From a virus (taxonomy: Duplodnaviria > Caudoviricetes): a DNA stretch of 34,730 bases. Below the pieces are notes generated by a model that was not told where the DNA came from, did no database searches, and saw only the letters and a program-made list of their open reading frames with translations. The DNA is taken from the IMG/VR virus record IMGVR_UViG_3300050330_000086, positions 1-34,730 of that record. One strand, 5' to 3'. The translations under genes and the position numbers were made by a program. Positions 8,645 to 16,126 of the stretch are shown here, in pieces (position 1 is the first letter of the stretch; the number at the start of each line of letters is the position of its first letter).

Positions 8645-9027
8645 CGCTCTGGCAGGAAAATCTCACTCGTCTCGTCGCCCTGATCGACCGGCTCGTACGC
8701 GAGGCGGACGAGCGCTGCGGCGAGCGCCCCGACTGGCTGACCGATCGCGCCGGCTACGCGGCCTGGGAAAAGCGCCACGGCGAGGAGCTGGAGGCGATCA
8801 AGGCCCACCTCGCTAGCCACGAGGGCGCGCGCTTCAGCTGCCGCCCCGGCTACGAATGTGCCGTGAAGCTCGCCGGCATCCGCTCGTCCTGCACCGGCGG
8901 CGAATGGGGCGTGCTGCGCAACTGGCAGACCGCCGCACGGCGGAAGATCGGTACGGCCGGCGTTTCCGACGACGGCTTCAATCCTCACGGCTCAGGCCCG
9001 GTGCCGATCGAGCCGAGGGAGGGCTGA
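8641..9027 (+). CDS. hypothetical phage protein, 128 aa
   Basis: ATGA coupling; AGIRSSCTGG...LRNW motif. Confidence 0.75.
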   Translation: MTLWQENLTRLVALIDRLVREADERCGERPDWLTDRAGYAAWEKRHGEELEAIKAHLASHEGARFSCRPGYECAVKLAGIRSSCTGGEWGVLRNWQTAARRKIGTAGVSDDGFNPHGSGPVPIEPREG

Positions 9028-9030
9028 GGG

Positions 9031-9375
9031 ATGGGCGCCGCAAAGCCTGCCCTCGGCTACGAAAGCCGCACTGCCGCCGTTGTCGCGCTGCGCAACGCCG
9101 GCCGGACTCGTGAATGGATTGCCGGTCAGCTCGGCATCGACGTCAAGACAGTATCCGCGCTCGAATGTTCCGGCCGTCGTGCACGCGAGCCGCAGCGTGA
9201 TTTCGCGCGGCCATCTGCGGGATCTTTCCCCCTGGATATTCGTCAGATGCTCCGGCCGCACGCGGTGGCCCGCGAGATCTCGGTGGATGCGCTCATCCGC
9301 CAGATCGTCGAGCGCGTGGCGGTCGATGACCTCGTCGATGCTGTCCTGGATGATGCGGAGGAGTTCGCCCGATGA
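9031..9375 (+). CDS. HTH-domain protein, 114 aa
   Basis: TREWIAGQLGIDVKTVSALE HTH; RHH-like C-terminus. Confidence 0.75.
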   Translation: MGAAKPALGYESRTAAVVALRNAGRTREWIAGQLGIDVKTVSALECSGRRAREPQRDFARPSAGSFPLDIRQMLRPHAVAREISVDALIRQIVERVAVDDLVDAVLDDAEEFAR

Positions 9376-9848
9376 CAGACCGCCAGTGCCGTGAGTGCGG
9401 CATCACCCACATCGAACCCGGCATGGAAATCGACGGCGAGCCGCTGTGCTGGGCCGACCACGATCTGTGTTCCCGTTGCCAGGATTGCATCCAGGCTGAG
9501 CTGGTCCGCGTTGCCGCCCGCTATCGACATCTGCGCAACCGGCTGAGGCTGCGGTCGGCAGGCGACGTTCCTAACGGCGTTTTCACCATCGCGCGGCCGG
9601 GCTACGGCATGATTTTCGGCGAGGACCTGGACCGCGCCATCGATGCCGCCATGGGCGAGGTAGTGGATTGCAGGCCGACGCTTGAGGCGCGGCTTGCCGA
9701 ATGCCTTGCCGATTGCATCGACACGCCGCTGCTCACCGGCCGGGATGAGGTGGGCGGCTTTTCTTCGCCGCTGGAGATCCGCATCGGCTTTTTCCGGCCG
9801 GAACTTTCCGAGCGCGCTGCCGAACTGCTTGAGGAGGCTGGAAGATGA
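9372..9848 (+). CDS. hypothetical protein with N-terminal Cys cluster, 158 aa
   Basis: CRECG...CW...LCSRC; AARYRHLR motif; ATGA coupling. Confidence 0.7.
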   Translation: MTDRQCRECGITHIEPGMEIDGEPLCWADHDLCSRCQDCIQAELVRVAARYRHLRNRLRLRSAGDVPNGVFTIARPGYGMIFGEDLDRAIDAAMGEVVDCRPTLEARLAECLADCIDTPLLTGRDEVGGFSSPLEIRIGFFRPELSERAAELLEEAGR

Positions 9849-10057
9849 GGACCCGTCTCATCCAGATCGAAAACGCGCTGGCCGACACGCTCAGACTGCA
9901 TTCTCGTGGGCTCTGCGACATCGTCACCAACGAGGCCGGTGATCCTGTGGCGAGGATCTATGACCCTGATCGTGAAAGCGTAAACGGGGGGTGGGAGATC
10001 GTCGTGGCGCTGAACCTTCGCGACATGGCGACCGACATCGAAAGGTGGCTGTCATGA
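9845..10057 (+). CDS. hypothetical protein, 70 aa
   Basis: ATGA coupling at both ends. Confidence 0.65.
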   Translation: MRTRLIQIENALADTLRLHSRGLCDIVTNEAGDPVARIYDPDRESVNGGWEIVVALNLRDMATDIERWLS

Positions 10058-10215
10058 GCAGAAAGAAGCTGACGCCGTCGATGCGCAAAGTGCTTGAAAA
10101 TCTCGTTGCAGGCCGCAAAGCAACCTGCGGCTTCCCCGGCGGCCGCTCGGTGTACGGGGGCCTGTCCGGCACGTTCGCCGACGCCGCCCGCGACCTGGAG
10201 CGCTACCTGTCATGA
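10054..10215 (+). CDS. small hypothetical protein, 53 aa (possibly a truncated chimera)
   Basis: Start MSRKKLTPSM at the ATGA overlap; C-terminus resembles that of the preceding ORF. Confidence 0.55.
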   Translation: MSRKKLTPSMRKVLENLVAGRKATCGFPGGRSVYGGLSGTFADAARDLERYLS

Positions 10216-10382
10216 CCTTGGTCACCGCCCTCGACCTTTTTGCCACCTTCGTCGCGATCGGCGTCGCAGCGCCGACCGTGAAGAACCTGCACCAGGAGGA
10301 AGACCGTCTCCTGGTCGCGGGCATCGTCATCTTCGTGTCGGCGCTCACATGGGTTCTGCTGCGCATGTGGAGGCTGATATGA
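10212..10382 (+). CDS. small two-TM membrane protein, 56 aa (MTLVTALDLF...MWRLI)
   Basis: Translated by hand; ATGA overlaps at both ends; two hydrophobic segments. Confidence 0.65.
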   Translation: MTLVTALDLFATFVAIGVAAPTVKNLHQEEDRLLVAGIVIFVSALTWVLLRMWRLI

Positions 10383-11044
10383 GTGCGCTTGCCGCCATCC
10401 ACGTCGCCCGCAAGCAGCTCGGCCTCGACGAAGATACCTATCGCGCCGTGCTCGTACGGGCGACCGGCAAACCGTCCTCGGCCGACATGACGCAGACCGA
10501 ACGGCAGGCCGTGCTCGCGGAGTTCGAGAGGCTGGGCTTTTCGAGGACGGCCGCTGCGCCTTCAAAGTCTCCTTCGAAGCGCATTCAAGGCCCGTTTGCG
10601 AAGAAGCTGCAGGCGCTATGGATCGCCATGTGGCACCTGGGCCTGACGCGCGATCGCACTGACGAGGGCCTTGCCGCCTTCGTGCGCAAGCAGACGAAGG
10701 TCGACCACACCCGGTTTCTGGTCGACCCGGCCGAGGCGAAGAAAGCCATCGAGGCGCTCAAGGGCTGGATGGCGCGCGAAGCCGGCGTCGAGTGGACGCA
10801 AACGCATGGCCGCCCCTGGCTGAAGCATGACGCCGCCAAGGTCGCCTGGGCGCAGTGGTGCACTCTCAATCCTCTCGCTGCCTTGGGCACGTTCGACGAG
10901 ATCGCCTTTTCAGAGGCGACCTGGAAGACGATCGGCCACCCCGAGCGCTTTGGTGACCACACGATCAACGCCCTCACAATACGCGACTGGCAGCAGGTCA
11001 ACAAAGCGTGGGGCGCCGAAGTGCGCAGGAGGCGCCGGTCATGA
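10379..11044 (+). CDS. Mu gp16/GemA-family regulatory protein (DUF1018), 221 aa
   Basis: IHVARKQLGLDEDTYR...TGKPSS and KLQALW...IEALKGW signatures. Confidence 0.9.
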   Translation: MSALAAIHVARKQLGLDEDTYRAVLVRATGKPSSADMTQTERQAVLAEFERLGFSRTAAAPSKSPSKRIQGPFAKKLQALWIAMWHLGLTRDRTDEGLAAFVRKQTKVDHTRFLVDPAEAKKAIEALKGWMAREAGVEWTQTHGRPWLKHDAAKVAWAQWCTLNPLAALGTFDEIAFSEATWKTIGHPERFGDHTINALTIRDWQQVNKAWGAEVRRRRRS

Positions 11045-11253
11045 GCGCCGCCGCCTCCGACAGCTTCGCCGGGGCCGTCGCGCTGTCCATCGAGACCGGC
11101 CTGAAGCTGAAGAAGATCATGCTGAAGCGCGGCCTGCGCCGCTGCCGGTGCGTGTGTCCGCGCTGCGGCGGCATGATCCACGCCGGCCTCGCCGGGCGCA
11201 GGGACCATCTGCGCATGTCCTGCAGTGGCTGCGGCCTCAACATGATGGAGTGA
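11041..11253 (+). CDS. small zinc-ribbon protein, 70 aa
   Basis: CPRC...CSGC; ATGA coupling. Confidence 0.7.
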   Translation: MSAAASDSFAGAVALSIETGLKLKKIMLKRGLRRCRCVCPRCGGMIHAGLAGRRDHLRMSCSGCGLNMME

Positions 11254-11257
11254 GGCG

Positions 11258-11506
11258 ATGCTGGTCCGCGTGTCCGACCGTGCCGTGTTGCGCTACCTGG
11301 AGCGCGCCTACGGTCTCGACGTGAAGGCGCTGCGCCGCCATCTGGCTGGCCGCGCCGCCAACGGCGCCCGGCTCGGCGCGGTCGGCGTCGCCATCGACAA
11401 CGTCAAGCTGGTTCTGCGCGCGACGGCGGTCGATACCGTCGTCGTCACCGTCCTGCCCGCCGGCAGGCCGGCGCTCGACCCTGCCGAACTCGCGGACGGC
11501 GAATAG
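11258..11506 (+). CDS. hypothetical phage protein, 82 aa
   Basis: VSDRAVLRYLERAYGLD motif seen in small phage proteins; RBS present. Confidence 0.75.
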   Translation: MLVRVSDRAVLRYLERAYGLDVKALRRHLAGRAANGARLGAVGVAIDNVKLVLRATAVDTVVVTVLPAGRPALDPAELADGE

Positions 11507-11508
11507 CC

Positions 11509-11565
11509 ATGCGCGCGCTCTTTGACATCGTGAATATCCCAGCGGGGGGGGGGGTAGCGGCATGA
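11509..11565 (+). CDS. 18-aa leader peptide (MRALFDIVNIPAGGGVAA) spanning a G11 tract
   Basis: ATG 2 nt after the upstream stop; its TGA overlaps the methylase ATG (ATGA). Confidence 0.45.
   Translation: MRALFDIVNIPAGGGVAA
11544..11554 (+). repeat. G11 homopolymer
   Basis: Read directly from the sequence. Confidence 0.9.
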
Positions 11566-12137
11566 TGCTCCCCGACTGGCCGTTCGGCCATCTCACCCCG
11601 CTCAAATACGGCGCCATCCTCGCCGACCCGCCCTGGGCTTACCGCATGCGCTCGGCAAAGGGTTACGCCAAGAGCCCGGAAGCCCACTACGCCACCATGT
11701 CGGCGCGCGAGATCGCGGCGCTGCCGGTGTCGCATCTGGCGTCCGGCAACTGCCTGCTGTGGCTGTGGTGCACGTGGCCGCACCTTCAGCAGGGTCTTGC
11801 GACCATGAAATCGTGGGGCTTCACCTACAAGACAGGCGGCGCCTGGACCAAGACCATGCCATCCGGCAAGCGCGCCTTCGGCCCCGGCTACATCTTCCGC
11901 ACCACCACCGAACCGTTCCTGGTCGGCACGATCGGCGAGCCGGCCTATCGCTCGAAATCGGTGCGCAACCTGATCGAGAGTGTGCGGCGCGAGCACAGCC
12001 GCAAGCCGCCGGAGGCCCGCGAGATGATCGACCGGCTGCTGCCCGACGTCTTCGCCTGCGAGCTGTTCGGCCGCGAGCCGTGGCCCGGCCGCGAGGTGTG
12101 GGGCAACGAGGTCGACAGGTTCCAGGGGGCCACATGA
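11562..12137 (+). CDS. MT-A70 family N6-adenine (DNA) methyltransferase, 191 aa
   Basis: ILADPPW catalytic motif, HYATM, LWLWCT, WGFTYKT, REHSRKP and ELFGR...WGNE. Confidence 0.93.
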   Translation: MMLPDWPFGHLTPLKYGAILADPPWAYRMRSAKGYAKSPEAHYATMSAREIAALPVSHLASGNCLLWLWCTWPHLQQGLATMKSWGFTYKTGGAWTKTMPSGKRAFGPGYIFRTTTEPFLVGTIGEPAYRSKSVRNLIESVRREHSRKPPEAREMIDRLLPDVFACELFGREPWPGREVWGNEVDRFQGAT

Positions 12138-12364
12138 TCATGGCCCGCGCCGCCCGGCCGAAGATCCTGCCTCTGCTCGTCTGGCACGAGCAGAGCGAGA
12201 TCGACCGCCTGGCGGCGCAGTGCGCAGCACTCGCCGAGCGCATCCGCCGGCTGCCACGCCATGCGCACTACCGCATCGAGCTCGAATCGCGCCTGCGCGA
12301 CCTGCGCGCCCGCCAGCTCCGCCTGGAATGCTCGATCGGCAAGGCGCCGGGAGGGCCGGCGTGA
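12134..12364 (+). CDS. small coiled-coil hypothetical protein, 76 aa
   Basis: ATGA/GTGA coupling at both ends. Confidence 0.7.
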   Translation: MIMARAARPKILPLLVWHEQSEIDRLAAQCAALAERIRRLPRHAHYRIELESRLRDLRARQLRLECSIGKAPGGPA

Positions 12365-12798
12365 CGAAGTCGAGCCTGCCCGGCATCCTGGGCGAGATCG
12401 CCGACATCGCCGGCAAGGAGGTCGCCTTCGCGGTCGCCGCCGCTCGCGGCGGCACCCGCGCCGACATTCCTGCCCGCGCCCGGCCCGACCACTGGCTGAC
12501 CGAGATCGTCGGGCTGGAGGTGGCGGACCGTATCTGCACGGCGCTCGCCATCCAGGATGCGGACGCCCGCGTGCGCGGCGTACGCCACGAGCTGATCCCG
12601 CTCGGGCCGGCTGGCGTGCGCAAGGCCGCACGGCGCCATGTCGTCAAGGCGCTGGAGGGTGGCGTGAGCGCCCGGGCCGCCGCGCGCAAGGTCGGCGTGC
12701 ACGAACGCACGGTGTGGCGCGTCAAGGCAGACATCATTAAGGCCGACCTCACCAAGGACGATCGGCAGGGCGACCTGTTTGACAAACCTGAAACCTGA
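12361..12798 (+). CDS. Mor/C-like late transcription activator (C-terminal HTH), 145 aa
   Basis: LPGILGEIADIAG...GGT N-terminus and C-terminal HTH (SARAAARKVGVHERTVWR); last early gene before the lysis cassette, as Mu C is. Confidence 0.82.
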   Translation: MTKSSLPGILGEIADIAGKEVAFAVAAARGGTRADIPARARPDHWLTEIVGLEVADRICTALAIQDADARVRGVRHELIPLGPAGVRKAARRHVVKALEGGVSARAAARKVGVHERTVWRVKADIIKADLTKDDRQGDLFDKPET

Positions 12799-12823
12799 CC
12801 GCACTCTTTGCGCATGGTCAGCC

Positions 12824-12877
12824 CATGGGGCTGACAAATGTCAGCCCCCTATCCATCCCCACCAATTCGCAATGTGC
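12824..12877 (+). promoter_or_regulatory. putative late promoter 1: palindrome GGGGCTGACA-aa-TGTCAGCCCC + 21 nt + CAATGTGC
   Basis: Same motif and spacing recur upstream of the head operon. Confidence 0.7.
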
Positions 12878-12926
12878 CGCAAGGCACGGGTCTTTCCCGG
12901 CCGTATTCGTTTTTGGCTGGGGTGTC

Positions 12927-13676
12927 ATGCTCGGGAATTTCCAGAAATGTCTCGCCGTCACGCTTACCCACGAAGGTAACTGGTCGGACAATCCGAAGGA
13001 CCCTGGCGGCGCCACGATGAAGGGCGTCACGCTCAAGCTCTACCGGAAATACAAGCCCGGCGCGTCCAAGACCCAGCTGCGCAACATCTCGAACGGGCTG
13101 CTGTCCGAGATCTATCAGAAGGAGTTCTGGTCGTCTTGCAAATGCGATGGCCTGGGCGCTGGCGTGGACCTCGCCACCTTCGACGCCGCCGTGAATTCAG
13201 GGCCGAAGCGGGCGAGGGACTGGTTGTTCGCTGCGATCGGCGGCACGGATGCCGAAACCGTCAAGAGGCTGTGCGCCAAGCGGCTGGGCTTCATGCGCTC
13301 GCTCGCCATCTGGAAGACGTTCGGAAAGGGCTGGAGCCGGCGTGTCGCCGACATCGAGGCCAAGGGCGTCGCTTGGGCGCTGGCCCGATCCACCAGCTCG
13401 GCCGAGGTCCGCAAGGAACTGGCGAAGGAATCGACGGCCGCCACCGCCACCGCCAAAAAGCAGACCGCCGGCGCCGGCACTGCCGGTACGGCCACCACGG
13501 CCGGCGGCGGCGACGTGCTGATCAATCCCCAGCACGCCGACCAGATCGCCGGCTGGGTGCTGGGCGGGCTGCTGGCCGCCGGGGCGTTGGTGGCGGCCAT
13601 CCTCATCATCCGGGCGATCATCCACAAGCAGCGCGCCGCTGCCTATGCGGCCGAGGCCGAGGCGGTGCGGTCGTGA
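12927..13676 (+). CDS. endolysin, glycosyl hydrolase family 108, with C-terminal TM segment, 249 aa
   Basis: HEGNWSDNPKDPGGATMKGVT, FDAAVNSG and FGKGWSRR; hydrophobic C-terminal helix. Confidence 0.9.
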   Translation: MLGNFQKCLAVTLTHEGNWSDNPKDPGGATMKGVTLKLYRKYKPGASKTQLRNISNGLLSEIYQKEFWSSCKCDGLGAGVDLATFDAAVNSGPKRARDWLFAAIGGTDAETVKRLCAKRLGFMRSLAIWKTFGKGWSRRVADIEAKGVAWALARSTSSAEVRKELAKESTAATATAKKQTAGAGTAGTATTAGGGDVLINPQHADQIAGWVLGGLLAAGALVAAILIIRAIIHKQRAAAYAAEAEAVRS

Positions 13677-13879
13677 ATGTAGCACTCCTTCTCCTGGCTC
13701 TGGCATTGGTCTCGGCAGCGGTGGCCGGCGTTCTCGCGGCCGCCGGTAGCCGCGACCTCGATCCGGGGGTTTCCGGCTACCTGCCATGGCTGATCATCTT
13801 CGCGATCGCGAGCATGTGCTTCTTCTGGCTCGGGCTGGCGATGTGGCTCGCCTCGGTAACCATGGCGGTGCTGTCATGA
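13673..13879 (+). CDS. two-TM membrane protein (holin/antiholin candidate), 68 aa
   Basis: GTGA-coupled; two long hydrophobic segments; lies inside the lysis cassette. Confidence 0.65.
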   Translation: MNVALLLLALALVSAAVAGVLAAAGSRDLDPGVSGYLPWLIIFAIASMCFFWLGLAMWLASVTMAVLS

Positions 13880-14436
13880 GCGCCATTGTCGCATCCGTCC
13901 TGATTTCCGCCGCCGCCAAGGTAGGCGCCCCGATCGTCAAGGGCCTGCTCGAAAAGTACGTCGGCGGCGTCGCCGGCGACATCGGCGGCATGGTCATCGA
14001 CACCATCGCCGCCCAGGCGGGTGTCGCCCCGGAGGCACTGCCGTCACTGCCGTCGAAGGACCTGGAGGCGGCCGTGGCCGCCGCCGAGGCTCAAGCGCCC
14101 CAGCTCGTGGCAGCATGGGTCGAGCAGCAGCGCGAGGCCAACCGGCTGATGCTCGCCGAGATGGAGAAGAGCGGCGACTCCTGGTGGACGTGGGCATGGC
14201 GGCCGGCCGGCATGTGGATCTTCATCGCCCTGTTCGCCTGGTATGCGGCGGGCCTGCCGATCGTCAATTTCCTGCTCGGCCTGCTCGGCACCGGCGAGCG
14301 GCTCGGGCTCATCGTCGACGTCTCCACCATGGTGACGATGTTCATGTTCTTCGCCGGCTTCTACATGGGCGGGCACACGGTGAAGGATTTCGCGACGAAG
14401 GCCAGGGACGCGGTTGCCGCCTGGGGTGCGAAATGA
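13876..14436 (+). CDS. 3TM-type holin, 186 aa
   Basis: WWTWAWRP motif, TM helices and FYMGGHTVK C-terminus typical of GTA/3TM holins. Confidence 0.8.
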   Translation: MSAIVASVLISAAAKVGAPIVKGLLEKYVGGVAGDIGGMVIDTIAAQAGVAPEALPSLPSKDLEAAVAAAEAQAPQLVAAWVEQQREANRLMLAEMEKSGDSWWTWAWRPAGMWIFIALFAWYAAGLPIVNFLLGLLGTGERLGLIVDVSTMVTMFMFFAGFYMGGHTVKDFATKARDAVAAWGAK

Positions 14437-14652
14437 CCAACCCTATCCGGCTCGCCCTGACGCCTGACGAGGTCTGCGCGGTCAACAACGCGCTGCGCCG
14501 CGAGATCGAAGCCCAGCAGCGGCTGCTGGGGGGGCAGCTCCTTGATCGGCGTGCCCGAATACATCCGGCATCTGGAGAGCGCGCTCGCCACCGTCACGCG
14601 GGGCTGGGAGCGGGCCTTCGGGCTGCCGACCGAAAAGGTGACGCGGCCGTGA
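14433..14652 (+). pseudogene. small ORF (MTNPIRLALTP...) frameshifted at a G7 run (14528-14534)
   Basis: Removing one G gives ...LLGGSSLIGVPEYIRHLESALATVTRGWERAFGLPTEKVTRP*, ending in a GTGA overlap with the next gene. Confidence 0.6.
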
Positions 14653-14885
14653 ACCTGGGCAACATCGCCTATGAGTTGGCCGACCGCCGCGCCGAGCAGG
14701 AACGCGCCGCCGGGATCGCGCGCGTACAGGCGGCGGCGCGCGGGCAGCGTGGTGACGGCGCGGGGCCGCTGGTGTGCGATTGCGGCGAGCCGATCGGCGA
14801 GGCCCGTCGCGCTGCGGTGCCGGGCACCAGGCAGTGCGTCGACTGCGCCACCTTCGCGGAAAGACAGCGCAGGAGGCGAGCCTGA
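14649..14885 (+). CDS. TraR/DksA C4-type zinc-finger protein, 78 aa
   Basis: CDCGEPIGEARRAAVPGTRQCVDC; GTG start with AAAAGGTG RBS. Confidence 0.88.
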   Translation: MNLGNIAYELADRRAEQERAAGIARVQAAARGQRGDGAGPLVCDCGEPIGEARRAAVPGTRQCVDCATFAERQRRRRA

Positions 14886-15241
14886 TGCCGGAAAACCCCG
14901 TCCAGTGGGTGAGCTTTCTTCTCAGCGCCATCGCGCTCGCCGGCATCGTCTACGGCTGGTTCACGGCCGGCGAAAAGCAGGTGGCCAAGGATCTGGCCGC
15001 CCACAAGGCCAAGCACGGCGAGGACATGAACGCGATCGACGGCGCGATCGCCCTGCATGACCGGCGCATCCAGACGCTCGAAACCGAGTTCCGGCACCTC
15101 CCCGACAAGGATGCCGTCGTTGAACTGAAGCTTGCGCTGTCCGAGTTGCGCGGCGCGGTCGGCATCCTCGGCGAGTCGGTGAGCAGCGTGCAGCGCACCG
15201 TTTTGCGCATCGACGACTTTCTCAAGCAGGACAGGAAATGA
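14885..15241 (+). CDS. DUF2730-like membrane-anchored coiled-coil protein, 118 aa
   Basis: N-terminal TM; RIQTLETEFRHLPDKD motif; Mu gp25 position. Confidence 0.8.
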   Translation: MPENPVQWVSFLLSAIALAGIVYGWFTAGEKQVAKDLAAHKAKHGEDMNAIDGAIALHDRRIQTLETEFRHLPDKDAVVELKLALSELRGAVGILGESVSSVQRTVLRIDDFLKQDRK

Positions 15242-15537
15242 GCGGCTACGAAGAATATCTCCAGCTCGATGCGCGCCTGGTCATCCTGAGGGGATTGACC
15301 CGGCAGGCGGACGGCCGGCTCAACGAGGTGCTCATTACCCGGATTCTCGACGAGTTCGGCTACAACCGCTCGCGCGAATGGGTGCGCACGCAGATGCGCA
15401 AGATGGAGGATGTCGGCGCCGTCAGGCTCAGCGAGGCCGGAACCGTCCTGGTCGCCACGATCACGCGCGCCGGGCTCGACCATGCCGAGCGCCGCACGAT
15501 CCTGGAAGGCATCGCCCGTCCTTCGCCGGAGGTCTGA
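15238..15537 (+). CDS. Mu gp26-like winged-helix protein, 99 aa
   Basis: RLVILRGL...SREWVRTQM...ATITRAGLDH...GIARPSP; synteny. Confidence 0.82.
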   Translation: MSGYEEYLQLDARLVILRGLTRQADGRLNEVLITRILDEFGYNRSREWVRTQMRKMEDVGAVRLSEAGTVLVATITRAGLDHAERRTILEGIARPSPEV

Positions 15538-15538
15538 G

Positions 15539-16126
15539 ATGGCCAAGGGACGCGGCCAGCTATCGGCGATCGAGCGACTGCCACCCGAGTGCGACTCCAT
15601 CATCGAATGGGCGGAGGAGCAGCTGCGCGACCGCGAGCGCACGCAGACGGAGATCTACGAGGAATTCTTCCTGAAGATGCAGGCCCTGCAGGCCGAGCAT
15701 CGCGGCGAGCTGGAATTCACGATCCCGTCGTTCTCGGCCTTCAACCGCCATTCGATCAAGCTCGCGCTGCTGACGCGGCGCATGGAGCAGACCAGCGACA
15801 TCGCCGAGGCGATCGGCAAGCGCTTCGACGCCGGCAAGTCCGACAACCTCACCGTCATCGCCGCCGAGGCGATCAAGACCCTGGTGTTCGAGATCCTCAC
15901 CACGGCCGGCGAAGCCGGCGTCGATCCCAAGGGCGCCATGGCGCTGGCCAACGCCCTGCACAAGGCTGCCCAGGCGCAGCACGTCTCCACCGCCCGCCGC
16001 GCGAAGGTGGAGAAGGAGTTCAAGGCCGACGTCGAAAAGGCCGTCGACACGGTGGCCAGGACCAAGGGCATGTCGGCCGAGACGGCGGAAGAGATCAAGG
16101 CGAAGATCCTCGGCGTGAGGGCCTGA
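15539..16126 (+). CDS. terminase small subunit, Mu gp27/DUF3486 family, 195 aa
   Basis: SAIERLP N-terminus, SFSAFNR, GMSAETAEEIKAKILG C-terminus; precedes TerL. Confidence 0.88.
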   Translation: MAKGRGQLSAIERLPPECDSIIEWAEEQLRDRERTQTEIYEEFFLKMQALQAEHRGELEFTIPSFSAFNRHSIKLALLTRRMEQTSDIAEAIGKRFDAGKSDNLTVIAAEAIKTLVFEILTTAGEAGVDPKGAMALANALHKAAQAQHVSTARRAKVEKEFKADVEKAVDTVARTKGMSAETAEEIKAKILGVRA

